A stretch of DNA of 64,000 bases from Flavobacteriales bacterium. Its GTDB lineage: Bacteria; Bacteroidota; Bacteroidia; Flavobacteriales_F; PHOS-HE28. The stretch covers positions 416,287-480,286 of the forward strand of contig JAHBUK010000001.1 of NCBI GenBank assembly GCA_019638115.1, given 5' to 3'. The translations under genes were made by a program, and so were the position numbers. Position 1 is the stretch's first letter; each line of letters opens with the position of its first letter. Positions 21,071 to 29,742 of this stretch are shown piece by piece. The notes beneath the pieces were generated by a model, which searched no databases, was not told where the DNA came from, and saw only the letters and a list, made by a program, of their open reading frames with translations.

Positions 21071-21239
21071 CAAGGTCCGGATACAACTGAGCCGGTGAAT
21101 AAGATCCGAACATATGCGAGGGGTGCAATGGAGGTTATGTTGGTAGGGGAGGCTGCGTACTCCTTCTCCTTCTCCTCCTTCACCTTACCAAACCCGAGTT
21201 TCGATCGAGCTGTCCTTTACTTCCACCTGATCAATATTC

Positions 21240-23735
21240 CTACTGCTTCACCACCCTCACCACCCCGCTGCCCTGCGCGTTCCACACCCGCAGCAGGTAC
21301 AGGCCCGCTGGCTTTGTGGTCAGGTCCAGCACGCTGAGCGCACCAACCGCCCGCTGCTCCAACACACGCCGGCCCGCCGCATCGTACACCACCATCCAGG
21401 TGCCACCCGCTTCCGCACCACGCAACAGCACCTGATACTGCCCGCTGCCCGGGTTGGGGAACACCTGCACACCAAGCACGGGCACCTCCGCCACACCGGT
21501 GGTGGTGGCGAACAGGTTCTGCGTGGTGTTGGTCACGATCGCCTCGTTGAAATCGAAGAAGATGTGCGCCGTGTTCTCGATCAACGTGCCCACCGGCAAG
21601 CCAGGCAACGGTTTGATCCGGTACTGCACGTAGCCGATGCTTCCCTCCGGGTCGCTGGTGCTGTCCGGCAGCATGATGTTGTTGAAGCGGAAGGTGAGCA
21701 AGCTGCCACTGAGGTAGGTGAGCACAGGATGGCTGTAGCCAGTGACCATGAAGGAGTTCAGGTCGAGGTTGCTGTCCAGTGTATCGGCGATGCGGATGTT
21801 GAAGGCCGGGGCGTTGCCCGTGTTCTGGAAGAATATAGTGTAGGTGAAGGGGTCCACGTAGCCCGGCGGCACATCCACCGGCCACACACGCTTCACATTG
21901 GGGTCGTACGAGTTCACCACATCGTAGCAATAGGTGAGCGAATTGTTGCCGGGGTTGATGTCCCCTGCCATCGGGGCAACGGTAACTGTTACGCACACCG
22001 TATCGCCAGCGGCGGCCGTACTGTCGGCACGCATCACCAGGCGGAAGTCCTGCTGGTTGTTCACCGTGGCGAAATCGGGGATGGTGTAGGTGAACTGCAT
22101 GGCCCCCGTGATCGTGGGCGTGAGGGCACCTGGTGCGGGTTGCAGATATTCAACCGGCCCGTCCACATCCACGGTCACCGTGCCCCCGATCCCGGCGGCA
22201 CACTGAAGACCGTACGCGCTGATCAGGTCACCGGCGATGATGTGCAGCGTATGGGTCTGGAAGGGGAATACCCAGCCTGTGGCCGCCACCGATGCCACGC
22301 CCACATCAAAACCGGGCTGGCAAGTCACGCCGAAGTCCACACCTGCCCCAGTTGGATCGGCAGCACTGAGCACCACCTCCTGCGCATCACCCGGCATCGT
22401 ACACGAGGGCATGTATGCCATGTCCGCCGTTACCAGCAGCACAGTGTATTCACCCGCTTCGGCAACAAAGTGGTAGTGCCCATCCGCCTGCGAGGTGGTC
22501 ATGGCAAGCAGTTCACCCTGAGCATCGAGCAGTTTCAGGGATACACCCACAAGGCCGGGTTCACCTGCGTCCTGCATGCAGTTGCCGTTCACATCGTCGA
22601 ACACCTTACCCACGATGCCAGCGAACCCAGTGCATCCATAGGGGTTGTTGTCCAGGTCGGTGAGGTCGCAGATCGGGAAGTCCAACCAATAGGCACTCGG
22701 GCCGCTCATGGCCGGTACGGTGTTGGGCAGGCAGGTGAAGGGGTTATCGGAGATATTGAATGTAACCACCCAGCTGCTGACCAGACTGTTGGGCAACGTG
22801 GGCAAACAGGTGAGCAAGTTGTTCTGGCAGGTCAGGCCCAGTAGACCCTCGGGCAACTGCGGCAACGTAACGAGCGCGTTGGAAGCACACAACAAGTACT
22901 GGAGACCGTCCGGCAACGGTGGCAATGCGGTGAGCCCGTTGCCGCCACACCCGAGCAATACCAGGGAGGCTGGCAGGGTAGGTAAAGCTGCGAGCGGGTT
23001 GTTATCGCAACCTAGCTCTGTCAGCGCGGCAGGCAGGGATGGCAACGCGGTGAGCGCATTGTCCATGCAATTCAGCAGGGTGAGCGCAGCAGGCAGTGCG
23101 GGCAGGGAAGTGAGTTCGTTCACGTCGCACATCAGGATCGACATGTTGGCGGGAAGCGAGGGCAGCGCGGCGAGGGCGTTGGCCCCGCAGTCGAGTTCGA
23201 GCAATGCGCCAGGCAGGGCGGGCAAGGCCACCAGGCTATTGCCTCTACAGGACAGCACGGCCAGCGAGGCAGGCAACACCGGCAATTCAGCAAGTGAGTT
23301 GAAGCTGGCCTCCAACCAGGTCAACGTGGGCGGAAGTGCGGGCAGCGCCTCCAACATGTTCGCTGCGCAGATCAATGTGGTCAGACCCGGTGGCAGGGTG
23401 GGCAACTCGGAGAGCATGTTGAGACCACAATCCAGGTAGGTCAATGTCGCAGGCATCTCGGGCATTTCCATCAGGAAGTTGTCCGCGCAGTAAAGACTGT
23501 CCAGGTTTACGAAGTATTCGATCCCCGTGAGGTCGGTGATCCCTGCGGAGATCAGGTCAAGCATCGTCGCAGTGATCACCTCCGGACAACTGGTATCCAG
23601 TAGCTCCTCGTTCATGCAATCCGGGAACAGCTCGATGAGCCGACCCGCGAAAAAAGGATCGGGGATCGTTACCCATTGTGCCGAAGCGGTGAGGTGGAGA
23701 CCCATGAGCAGGGCCAGTAGCGTAGTGTGCTTCAT
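21240..23735 (-). CDS. Secreted leucine-rich repeat protein with SdrD-B-like and DUF7619-like domains and T9SS CTD (gene B)
   Basis: IPDPFF N-cap; ~20 aa LxxLPxLPxxLxxLxCxxN repeats; GKVFDDVNGNC; SYDPNVK...FQNTG...FDFN; VFPNPG...GLYLLRV...VRVVKQ. Confidence 0.85.
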   Translation of the reverse strand: MKHTTLLALLMGLHLTASAQWVTIPDPFFAGRLIELFPDCMNEELLDTSCPEVITATMLDLISAGITDLTGIEYFVNLDSLYCADNFLMEMPEMPATLTYLDCGLNMLSELPTLPPGLTTLICAANMLEALPALPPTLTWLEASFNSLAELPVLPASLAVLSCRGNSLVALPALPGALLELDCGANALAALPSLPANMSILMCDVNELTSLPALPAALTLLNCMDNALTALPSLPAALTELGCDNNPLAALPTLPASLVLLGCGGNGLTALPPLPDGLQYLLCASNALVTLPQLPEGLLGLTCQNNLLTCLPTLPNSLVSSWVVTFNISDNPFTCLPNTVPAMSGPSAYWLDFPICDLTDLDNNPYGCTGFAGIVGKVFDDVNGNCMQDAGEPGLVGVSLKLLDAQGELLAMTTSQADGHYHFVAEAGEYTVLLVTADMAYMPSCTMPGDAQEVVLSAADPTGAGVDFGVTCQPGFDVGVASVAATGWVFPFQTHTLHIIAGDLISAYGLQCAAGIGGTVTVDVDGPVEYLQPAPGALTPTITGAMQFTYTIPDFATVNNQQDFRLVMRADSTAAAGDTVCVTVTVAPMAGDINPGNNSLTYCYDVVNSYDPNVKRVWPVDVPPGYVDPFTYTIFFQNTGNAPAFNIRIADTLDSNLDLNSFMVTGYSHPVLTYLSGSLLTFRFNNIMLPDSTSDPEGSIGYVQYRIKPLPGLPVGTLIENTAHIFFDFNEAIVTNTTQNLFATTTGVAEVPVLGVQVFPNPGSGQYQVLLRGAEAGGTWMVVYDAAGRRVLEQRAVGALSVLDLTTKPAGLYLLRVWNAQGSGVVRVVKQ

Positions 23736-23864
23736 GCTGGTGGGGCTGGTGGCCTTACCGGTGATCCGCGGCGGGGCTTCGATAGGTGAAGGTATGCTGG
23801 ATAGACGTGCCGATCCCGCAGCTGTTGCCCGCCCTAAACCTCCTCACGGTCCCGGCCTTCCCCC

Positions 23865-24317
23865 CTACTGCTTCACCACCCGTACCACCCCGCTACCCTG
23901 CGCGTTCCATACCCGCAGCAGGTACACGCCCGCTGGCTGTGCGGTCAGATCAAGCATGCTGAGCGCACCTGCCGCCCGCTGCTCCAGCACTCGCCGGCTG
24001 GCCGCATCGTACACCTCCATCCAGGTGGCACCCGCCTCCGCACCACGCAACAGTACCTGGTACTGCCCGCTGCCCGGGTTGGGGAATACCTGCACACCAA
24101 GCACGGACACCTCCGCCACACCCGTGGTGGTGGTGAACAGGTTCTGCGTGGTGTTGGTCACGATCGCCTCGTTGAAGTCGAAGAAGATGTGCGCCGTGTT
24201 CTCGATCAGCGTGCCCACCTCCAGGCCAGCCAGCGGCTTGATCCGGTACTGCACAAAGCCGATGCTTCCTTCGGGATCCCTGGTGCTGACCTGCAGCAAG
24301 ATGTTGTCGAAACGGCA
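23865..24317 (-). pseudogene. Truncated 3' part of a gene-B paralog (B')
   Basis: Aligns without gaps to 21240-21692 (offset 2625). Retains the DUF7619 tail and T9SS CTD but is cut at the yitT-fragment junction. Confidence 0.9.
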
Positions 24318-24499
24318 AACGAAGATCCACCAAGGGCGCCGGTGCCAACGATGTGGACATCCTCTACTGCGTATTGACCCGCCTGGAGGTAAGCCGCTTC
24401 CTATCAGAAGTGCAGAAGATCGACCGCAACGCCTTCGTGATCATGAGCCCGGTGAAGGATGTGAAGGGTGGGATCATGCGGAAGCGCAGGGTGCATTAA
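24311..24499 (+). repeat. Duplicated 3' end of the yitT-family gene (direct repeat of 17841-18028)
   Basis: Encodes NGKRRSTKGAGANDVDILYCVLTRLEVSRFLSEVQKIDRNAFVIMSPVKDVKGGIMRKRRVH-stop; differences are mostly synonymous. Confidence 0.92.
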
Positions 24500-24515
24500 G
24501 GTAACGACTTGTACA

Positions 24516-27500
24516 CTATGGCATCTGCTCTACCCGAACCGCTGTAGGCACCGTGCCACCTATGGTTTGCAGGATCACGTCGCGATCGTTGGCTGCACCT
24601 GTGTACTTCACCTGGCCATCCAAATTGACATCGGCGTCGTAGTAGCCGTACACAATGTCCGTCGGTATGGCACCGCCAATAGCCTGGAGCATCAGGTCAC
24701 GGTCATTATCATTACCTGTGTACTTCACCTGCCCATCGTGGTTGACGTCGGCCGGCCAGAGCAACATCGTCCCGTTCACGTTTTTCTGGGCGCTTGTTCC
24801 AAAGGTCGCCGTGGCCGGGTTGGTGAAGTCGACCATGGTCGCACCCGATGTAAGCGCGATGGGTGCTGCGGTCATCACACCCAAGTGGTTGCGGTGACGG
24901 ATGGCTATATGGTATTCACCGGGTTCGATCGTGAAAAAGACCGCGCTGTTACCATCGCTGCCTACCACATCGCCATCACGTTGCAACAGCGCACTGCGTG
25001 TAGCAAGTATCGGATACAGGGGAGCACCACCGCGCAATTCGACCAACACCCAATCAACTATCGCATTGACCCCGCTCGTTCCGAAGACGGACGGCTGCAC
25101 GGTCTCACTTCCCCCACCTCCAGCCTGTGCGAAGCCCATGGCCGAATAAGGTTCCGTGCCGGGTATAACACCAAGTACGCGCAATACATCGGTCATCAGC
25201 GGAGTCGCGTAGGGTCCCGAGAGCATGACCCTCGCTGCTACACCGACTTGTAACGGATCGGAGATGAGGTACGCCGAACCTGAATTGCTCATCGGGTTCA
25301 TCCCGTAAATGTCGTGATCCTCATCCCTGGCACCCACGATCGCACGGCCTCCATCGATCGAAACCGAATAACCGAACCGGTCGCCTTCTTCCCGGTCACC
25401 TGCAACGATCTTCCCCTTCTGTGACCATGAGGTACCATTGCGTTCGAACAAATAAGCGGCCCCGGCATATTCGAGCGGATCGTTCCCGAGTATATCATGA
25501 CGATCGTTTATTGCGCCCACCAAGGCACGATCACCACTGATCGAAACGGACCAGCCGAACCAAGCACTGACCTGTCTATCGGCTGGGACTATCTTCTGCT
25601 GTTGGATCCATTGCCCACCCGTGTTCTTGAAAATGTAGGCCGATCCCGCATTGTAGGTGGAGCCGCCCCCGTTCTCATCACGTGCATCATATAAAGCACC
25701 GACAATGGCGTGATCCCCATCAATGGCGCCGCTCCAACCAAAGTAGGCCCCTGGTGTACGATCACTGGCCACGAGCTTCTGTTGCTGGTCCCACACATCG
25801 CCATTGCGTTGGAAGATATACGCAGAGCCGGCGTTCAGCAGGGTATTGTCCCCGTTCTCATCCTCATCCTCACCCAAGGTACCCACGAAGGCGTGGGCGC
25901 CGCTGATGGATACCCCTACACCGAAGCTATCGGTTTCACCACGATCACTGGCCACAAGCTTCGCCTGCTGTGCCCAAGTACTGCCGGTGCGCTTGAAGAT
26001 GTATGCTGCACCCGCATTGGTGATCATATTCCCTCCCTGTTCATCGAGGCTATTGCCATGTGCACTCACGATCACATATTCACCGCTGATCGCTACAAAA
26101 TTCCCGAATTGATCTCCGGGGTTCCGGTCCGAGGCTACGATCTTCTGCTGCTCGACCCAAACCCCATCGGTACGCTTGAAAATGTACGCGGAACCAGCCA
26201 TCATGACGGTCGTGCCGCCCCAGCCGACGCCGTGTCCGTCAGTTTTTGCACCGACCACGGCGTAATCACCGTCAATGGCCACCCCAACCCCGAATTCGTC
26301 ACCTGCGGTCCGATCGCTGGCCACGATCTTCTGCTGTTGGACCCACTCGGTCCCGGTCCAATGAAAAATATAGGCTCCACCTGCATTGTTCACTGGGGAT
26401 CCTCCCACGGCATTCCCATCCGTAGACCGAGCACCAACAATGGCGTAGTCACCACTGATGGCCACGCTGACCCCGAAATTATCCATACTTGACCTGTCAA
26501 GAGCGACCACCTTGTCCACCACCATAGGAGTGACCGGTGGACCCACACAATTACACGTGTAATTCCAGTGGTCCGGACCAGTATTCGGGTTGCCATCATC
26601 GCAGGGGGTTCCCGGTTGGCAAGTGGGTGTGGAGAAGGTGATCGATGCGCTGAAAGCGGAACTACCCCCGAGACATACGGATCCCACCCTGAATTCATAG
26701 GATGTACCTGCGACCAATCCGGTCAATAGTAGGCTTGTGTCCGCTATCGCAGTGATCGCATTCCAAGTACTGGACATTGAGGGCTTCCATTCCAGATCAT
26801 AGGTGTCGGCCCCGGCCACTGCAGACCATACCAGTGTGGCACCAGTCCCAGAAACATCCAAGGACATCAACCCGTGAGGGTCCCCACAGCCGGCACATGA
26901 ATTCAAGCAGGGTGCCATATTTACGTTATTGAGAATAACGGCAGTAGGTTGGGGACCGAACCCGTTACTGAAGTTTATACCAGTATCCGTCCAGCGGTGA
27001 CAGTAGCTCATAATAGTACCACCGTTCGGCGGCATGGGACCCTGCTGGCAGCTACCTTCGGTATTGAAGCATCCATCAATGGCAGTATTGTTCCCGTTCC
27101 ATGCGCAAGCATGTGTATGGCGAGAACCCATCAAGTGTCCCTCCTCGTGGGTGACGACCATTATGCTCCAACTATAGGTAGGCAGCGGTTGATATGACCA
27201 ACTCACTCCACTGTAGCACATGCTCGAACTTGGAACTGCATTACAGAGGCCTGCCAATCCGCTGGCCACGCCCCCCCCACACCCGTAACCGATCAAATGG
27301 GCCAGATCACCATTGAACGAAGTACGATAGCCCCGGAACTGGGTGAGTAGCCCGGATGCGTTCACGGCTGTGTAGGGGCTGGGGATATCCCAGATGAACA
27401 GCTGGGACAGCCGCACGGAGACCCCATCATTGGCGAACAAGACCGCATGTAGATTGAACAGGCCTGTGATATAATTCGATGTTGCATTGATACCACCCTT

Positions 27501-28190
27501 GTGCTGAAAGACATCATGGTCCACCTCCCAATAAAGGTCGACACACCTAAGGCTCCTTGCCCCTTCTTGAAGCACCAGGTCATCAGGGGCATATGAGCCA
27601 TCATCTTCGGGTGTTTCACAGCTTATCACCGGCACATCGAACATATCCCGCTCAGCATAATAGACATGCTCACCACTCCCGTCCCCGAATTTGCCCAGCA
27701 CATGATTCCCTCGTTGGTCGCTTACGAAGCCCATCACTTCATCCTCGAAGATGCTGATCGCCGCAAGTGTATTTGGATCACCGTCAATGACACCTTGGTA
27801 ATGCAATCCGGGGGCATGCGCTATTGCTCGACCGGAACTAGCGACCGTCATGGAGAAATCATCAGAGAAGATGTGGACACGTGTCAGAAGGAGGTCCACC
27901 GCACCTCCGGTCGCAGGTATCACGAGGACCACGTTTGACGGCCGTTCTCTGATCACGTCGAGCAGCGTAGGGATATGAACTTGGAACAGGGAGGCATGTT
28001 CCACAATTGCATTTACGGCATGGTCACGCACCACTTGGACGGGTTCTGCCAAGAAGGGCTCCACTCTCTTGAACGGTGTGCGCTTCTCTTCCAAGTGCGC
28101 GATCAGTTCCGCCACGCGTCCACTAGCACGCTCCTGTCCAATGGCACATTGCCACAACAATGCGGCTGCAAATACAATGGATGCTTTCAT
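24516..28190 (-). CDS. Secreted M12/reprolysin-like zinc metalloprotease with FN3, FG-GAP repeats and dockerin-like C-terminal module (gene C)
   Basis: HEEGHLMGSRH zinc motif with Met-turn TIMSY; FN3 LxAGTSYEFRV; about seven FGxxVxIxGDxAxVGA repeats; HRNHLGVMT...RVEQMP. Confidence 0.88.
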   Translation of the reverse strand: MKASIVFAAALLWQCAIGQERASGRVAELIAHLEEKRTPFKRVEPFLAEPVQVVRDHAVNAIVEHASLFQVHIPTLLDVIRERPSNVVLVIPATGGAVDLLLTRVHIFSDDFSMTVASSGRAIAHAPGLHYQGVIDGDPNTLAAISIFEDEVMGFVSDQRGNHVLGKFGDGSGEHVYYAERDMFDVPVISCETPEDDGSYAPDDLVLQEGARSLRCVDLYWEVDHDVFQHKGGINATSNYITGLFNLHAVLFANDGVSVRLSQLFIWDIPSPYTAVNASGLLTQFRGYRTSFNGDLAHLIGYGCGGGVASGLAGLCNAVPSSSMCYSGVSWSYQPLPTYSWSIMVVTHEEGHLMGSRHTHACAWNGNNTAIDGCFNTEGSCQQGPMPPNGGTIMSYCHRWTDTGINFSNGFGPQPTAVILNNVNMAPCLNSCAGCGDPHGLMSLDVSGTGATLVWSAVAGADTYDLEWKPSMSSTWNAITAIADTSLLLTGLVAGTSYEFRVGSVCLGGSSAFSASITFSTPTCQPGTPCDDGNPNTGPDHWNYTCNCVGPPVTPMVVDKVVALDRSSMDNFGVSVAISGDYAIVGARSTDGNAVGGSPVNNAGGAYIFHWTGTEWVQQQKIVASDRTAGDEFGVGVAIDGDYAVVGAKTDGHGVGWGGTTVMMAGSAYIFKRTDGVWVEQQKIVASDRNPGDQFGNFVAISGEYVIVSAHGNSLDEQGGNMITNAGAAYIFKRTGSTWAQQAKLVASDRGETDSFGVGVSISGAHAFVGTLGEDEDENGDNTLLNAGSAYIFQRNGDVWDQQQKLVASDRTPGAYFGWSGAIDGDHAIVGALYDARDENGGGSTYNAGSAYIFKNTGGQWIQQQKIVPADRQVSAWFGWSVSISGDRALVGAINDRHDILGNDPLEYAGAAYLFERNGTSWSQKGKIVAGDREEGDRFGYSVSIDGGRAIVGARDEDHDIYGMNPMSNSGSAYLISDPLQVGVAARVMLSGPYATPLMTDVLRVLGVIPGTEPYSAMGFAQAGGGGSETVQPSVFGTSGVNAIVDWVLVELRGGAPLYPILATRSALLQRDGDVVGSDGNSAVFFTIEPGEYHIAIRHRNHLGVMTAAPIALTSGATMVDFTNPATATFGTSAQKNVNGTMLLWPADVNHDGQVKYTGNDNDRDLMLQAIGGAIPTDIVYGYYDADVNLDGQVKYTGAANDRDVILQTIGGTVPTAVRVEQMP

Positions 28191-29629
28191 GGTAATTGAT
28201 GTATTCGTACCGCCGTTGGGACCACACCGCCAATGGTCTGCAGGATGACGTCGCGGTCGTTGTTCGCACCCGCGTAACTGATGGTGCCGTCGAGGTTCAG
28301 ATCCAATATGCTGTACACGTTGCTCACCGTGTTGGTGGGTACGCTTCCGCCGATGGCCACGAGGATGAGGTCACGGTCGTTGTCATTGCCCACGTAACGT
28401 ATGATACCATCCATTGAGGCATCGCCAGGCCATAAGCACTGCACCGTGCCAACGGCTGTTCGCGCTCCTTTGCCGTATGCGCTCGTGCCACTCAACCTGA
28501 AGTCGATCATGGTAGTGGTTGAGCCCCACAGGAGCGTGCGCGGTGTGGCTGTCATTACACCCAAGTGGTTCCGGTGCCTGATGGTCACATGGTAGTTTCC
28601 TGAAACCACCGGCGCATTGATGTAGCTCTCCCCATTCAAGCCCACCACATCACCATCGCGCTGGATCAATGCGGGCCTTGAATGCAGAACCGTGGCTGGA
28701 TCCGAGGCGCTGCGCAGTTCCACGACCACCCAATCGACGATCGCGTTGTTCCCGGTTACCGCCAACAACGATGGCGTTAGCGATGCGCCCAGTGCGGTGC
28801 CCACATAGGTGTAGCCCATTGCTGAATAAGGCTCTGTTGCCGGGATCGAACCAGCGGCGCGCAGCTGATCGCCCATGAGCGTGCCGCTGGGCAATGCGCC
28901 CGCAAGTGCCGTACGCAAGTTGAATTGCACGCCGCAATCGCCAGCGTTGCTCGGAACCAGTGCGGAGACAGGAAAGAAGCACTCCACATTGAAGGGTGAA
29001 ATGCACGACAGCGCTGCTCCCCGAAAAATGTCCACGACATAATCACCTGCGGGGAGCGCTTGGCCGAAATGCCAGCCGGAGGGTGATTCCGCGGTCCAAT
29101 CCGCCGCGATGCTCCCGTTACAGATCTGCCCGGTTGGGATATGCATCATATGGTAATTGAAATTGAATGGGCCCGGGCAGAAGCTCGATGTTGAATAAGG
29201 CGGCGTGTTGAAGTTCCCGGACCAACGGAGCGTGGGGCCAACAGTGCAATCGTGGGTGAACGAGACATCAGGCAGCATGGGAACATGGTCGAACCAGAAT
29301 ACCTGCGTCGATGCCTGGCAGCCCATCGCATCGATTACCGCGATTGTTGCCTGTTGCGTACCCGGCGACAGATTCGTCATCTCTCCGCTCCAGGAATTGT
29401 CGTTGGTGCTCCCATACGCCCCCCCAGGTCCGGAACTGATCGCGACGTTCACCGTGAACGGCGCGGTGCCTCCCGACCACATGGCCCAGGCCAGCGGCGT
29501 GCTTTGATTGTCGCAATCCACCTGAACACCTGCGGAGCCGAGCTCGATGTCGCACTGCGCTTGGGTGCTGCCGGGAAGCACCAGGAATAGGAATGCGGGC
29601 GCTGCGAGCGCAAGAACGAAGTGCCTCAT
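28187..29629 (-). CDS. Secreted protein with dockerin-like C-terminal module (gene D)
   Basis: Signal peptide; Cys-containing unknown N-terminal half; HRNHLGVMT...GDASMDGIIRYVGNDNDRD...RIHQLP. Stop overlaps the start of gene C (ATGA). Confidence 0.8.
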   Translation of the reverse strand: MRHFVLALAAPAFLFLVLPGSTQAQCDIELGSAGVQVDCDNQSTPLAWAMWSGGTAPFTVNVAISSGPGGAYGSTNDNSWSGEMTNLSPGTQQATIAVIDAMGCQASTQVFWFDHVPMLPDVSFTHDCTVGPTLRWSGNFNTPPYSTSSFCPGPFNFNYHMMHIPTGQICNGSIAADWTAESPSGWHFGQALPAGDYVVDIFRGAALSCISPFNVECFFPVSALVPSNAGDCGVQFNLRTALAGALPSGTLMGDQLRAAGSIPATEPYSAMGYTYVGTALGASLTPSLLAVTGNNAIVDWVVVELRSASDPATVLHSRPALIQRDGDVVGLNGESYINAPVVSGNYHVTIRHRNHLGVMTATPRTLLWGSTTTMIDFRLSGTSAYGKGARTAVGTVQCLWPGDASMDGIIRYVGNDNDRDLILVAIGGSVPTNTVSNVYSILDLNLDGTISYAGANNDRDVILQTIGGVVPTAVRIHQLP

Positions 29630-29742
29630 GATCTCCAGTTCATGATGGTCAGACGTTGCTTCCGTGAAAAGTTGCCTAAAACTATCACTTTGCCCCCGCC
29701 CTGCCCATCTTTGCCTTCACCCTTTCAACGGGCTTACCGACC

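Noticed and set aside
8714-24499. Diversity-generating retroelement (TR/VR pairs) to explain duplicated gene tails
   Set aside because: Mismatches between copies are not adenine-specific (in the yitT pair they are mostly third-position changes of all types), and no reverse transcriptase is in the window.
17841-29629. Integron cassette array or prophage/ICE
   Set aside because: No integrase, attC-like sites, phage or conjugation genes; boundaries are gene-derived homologies.
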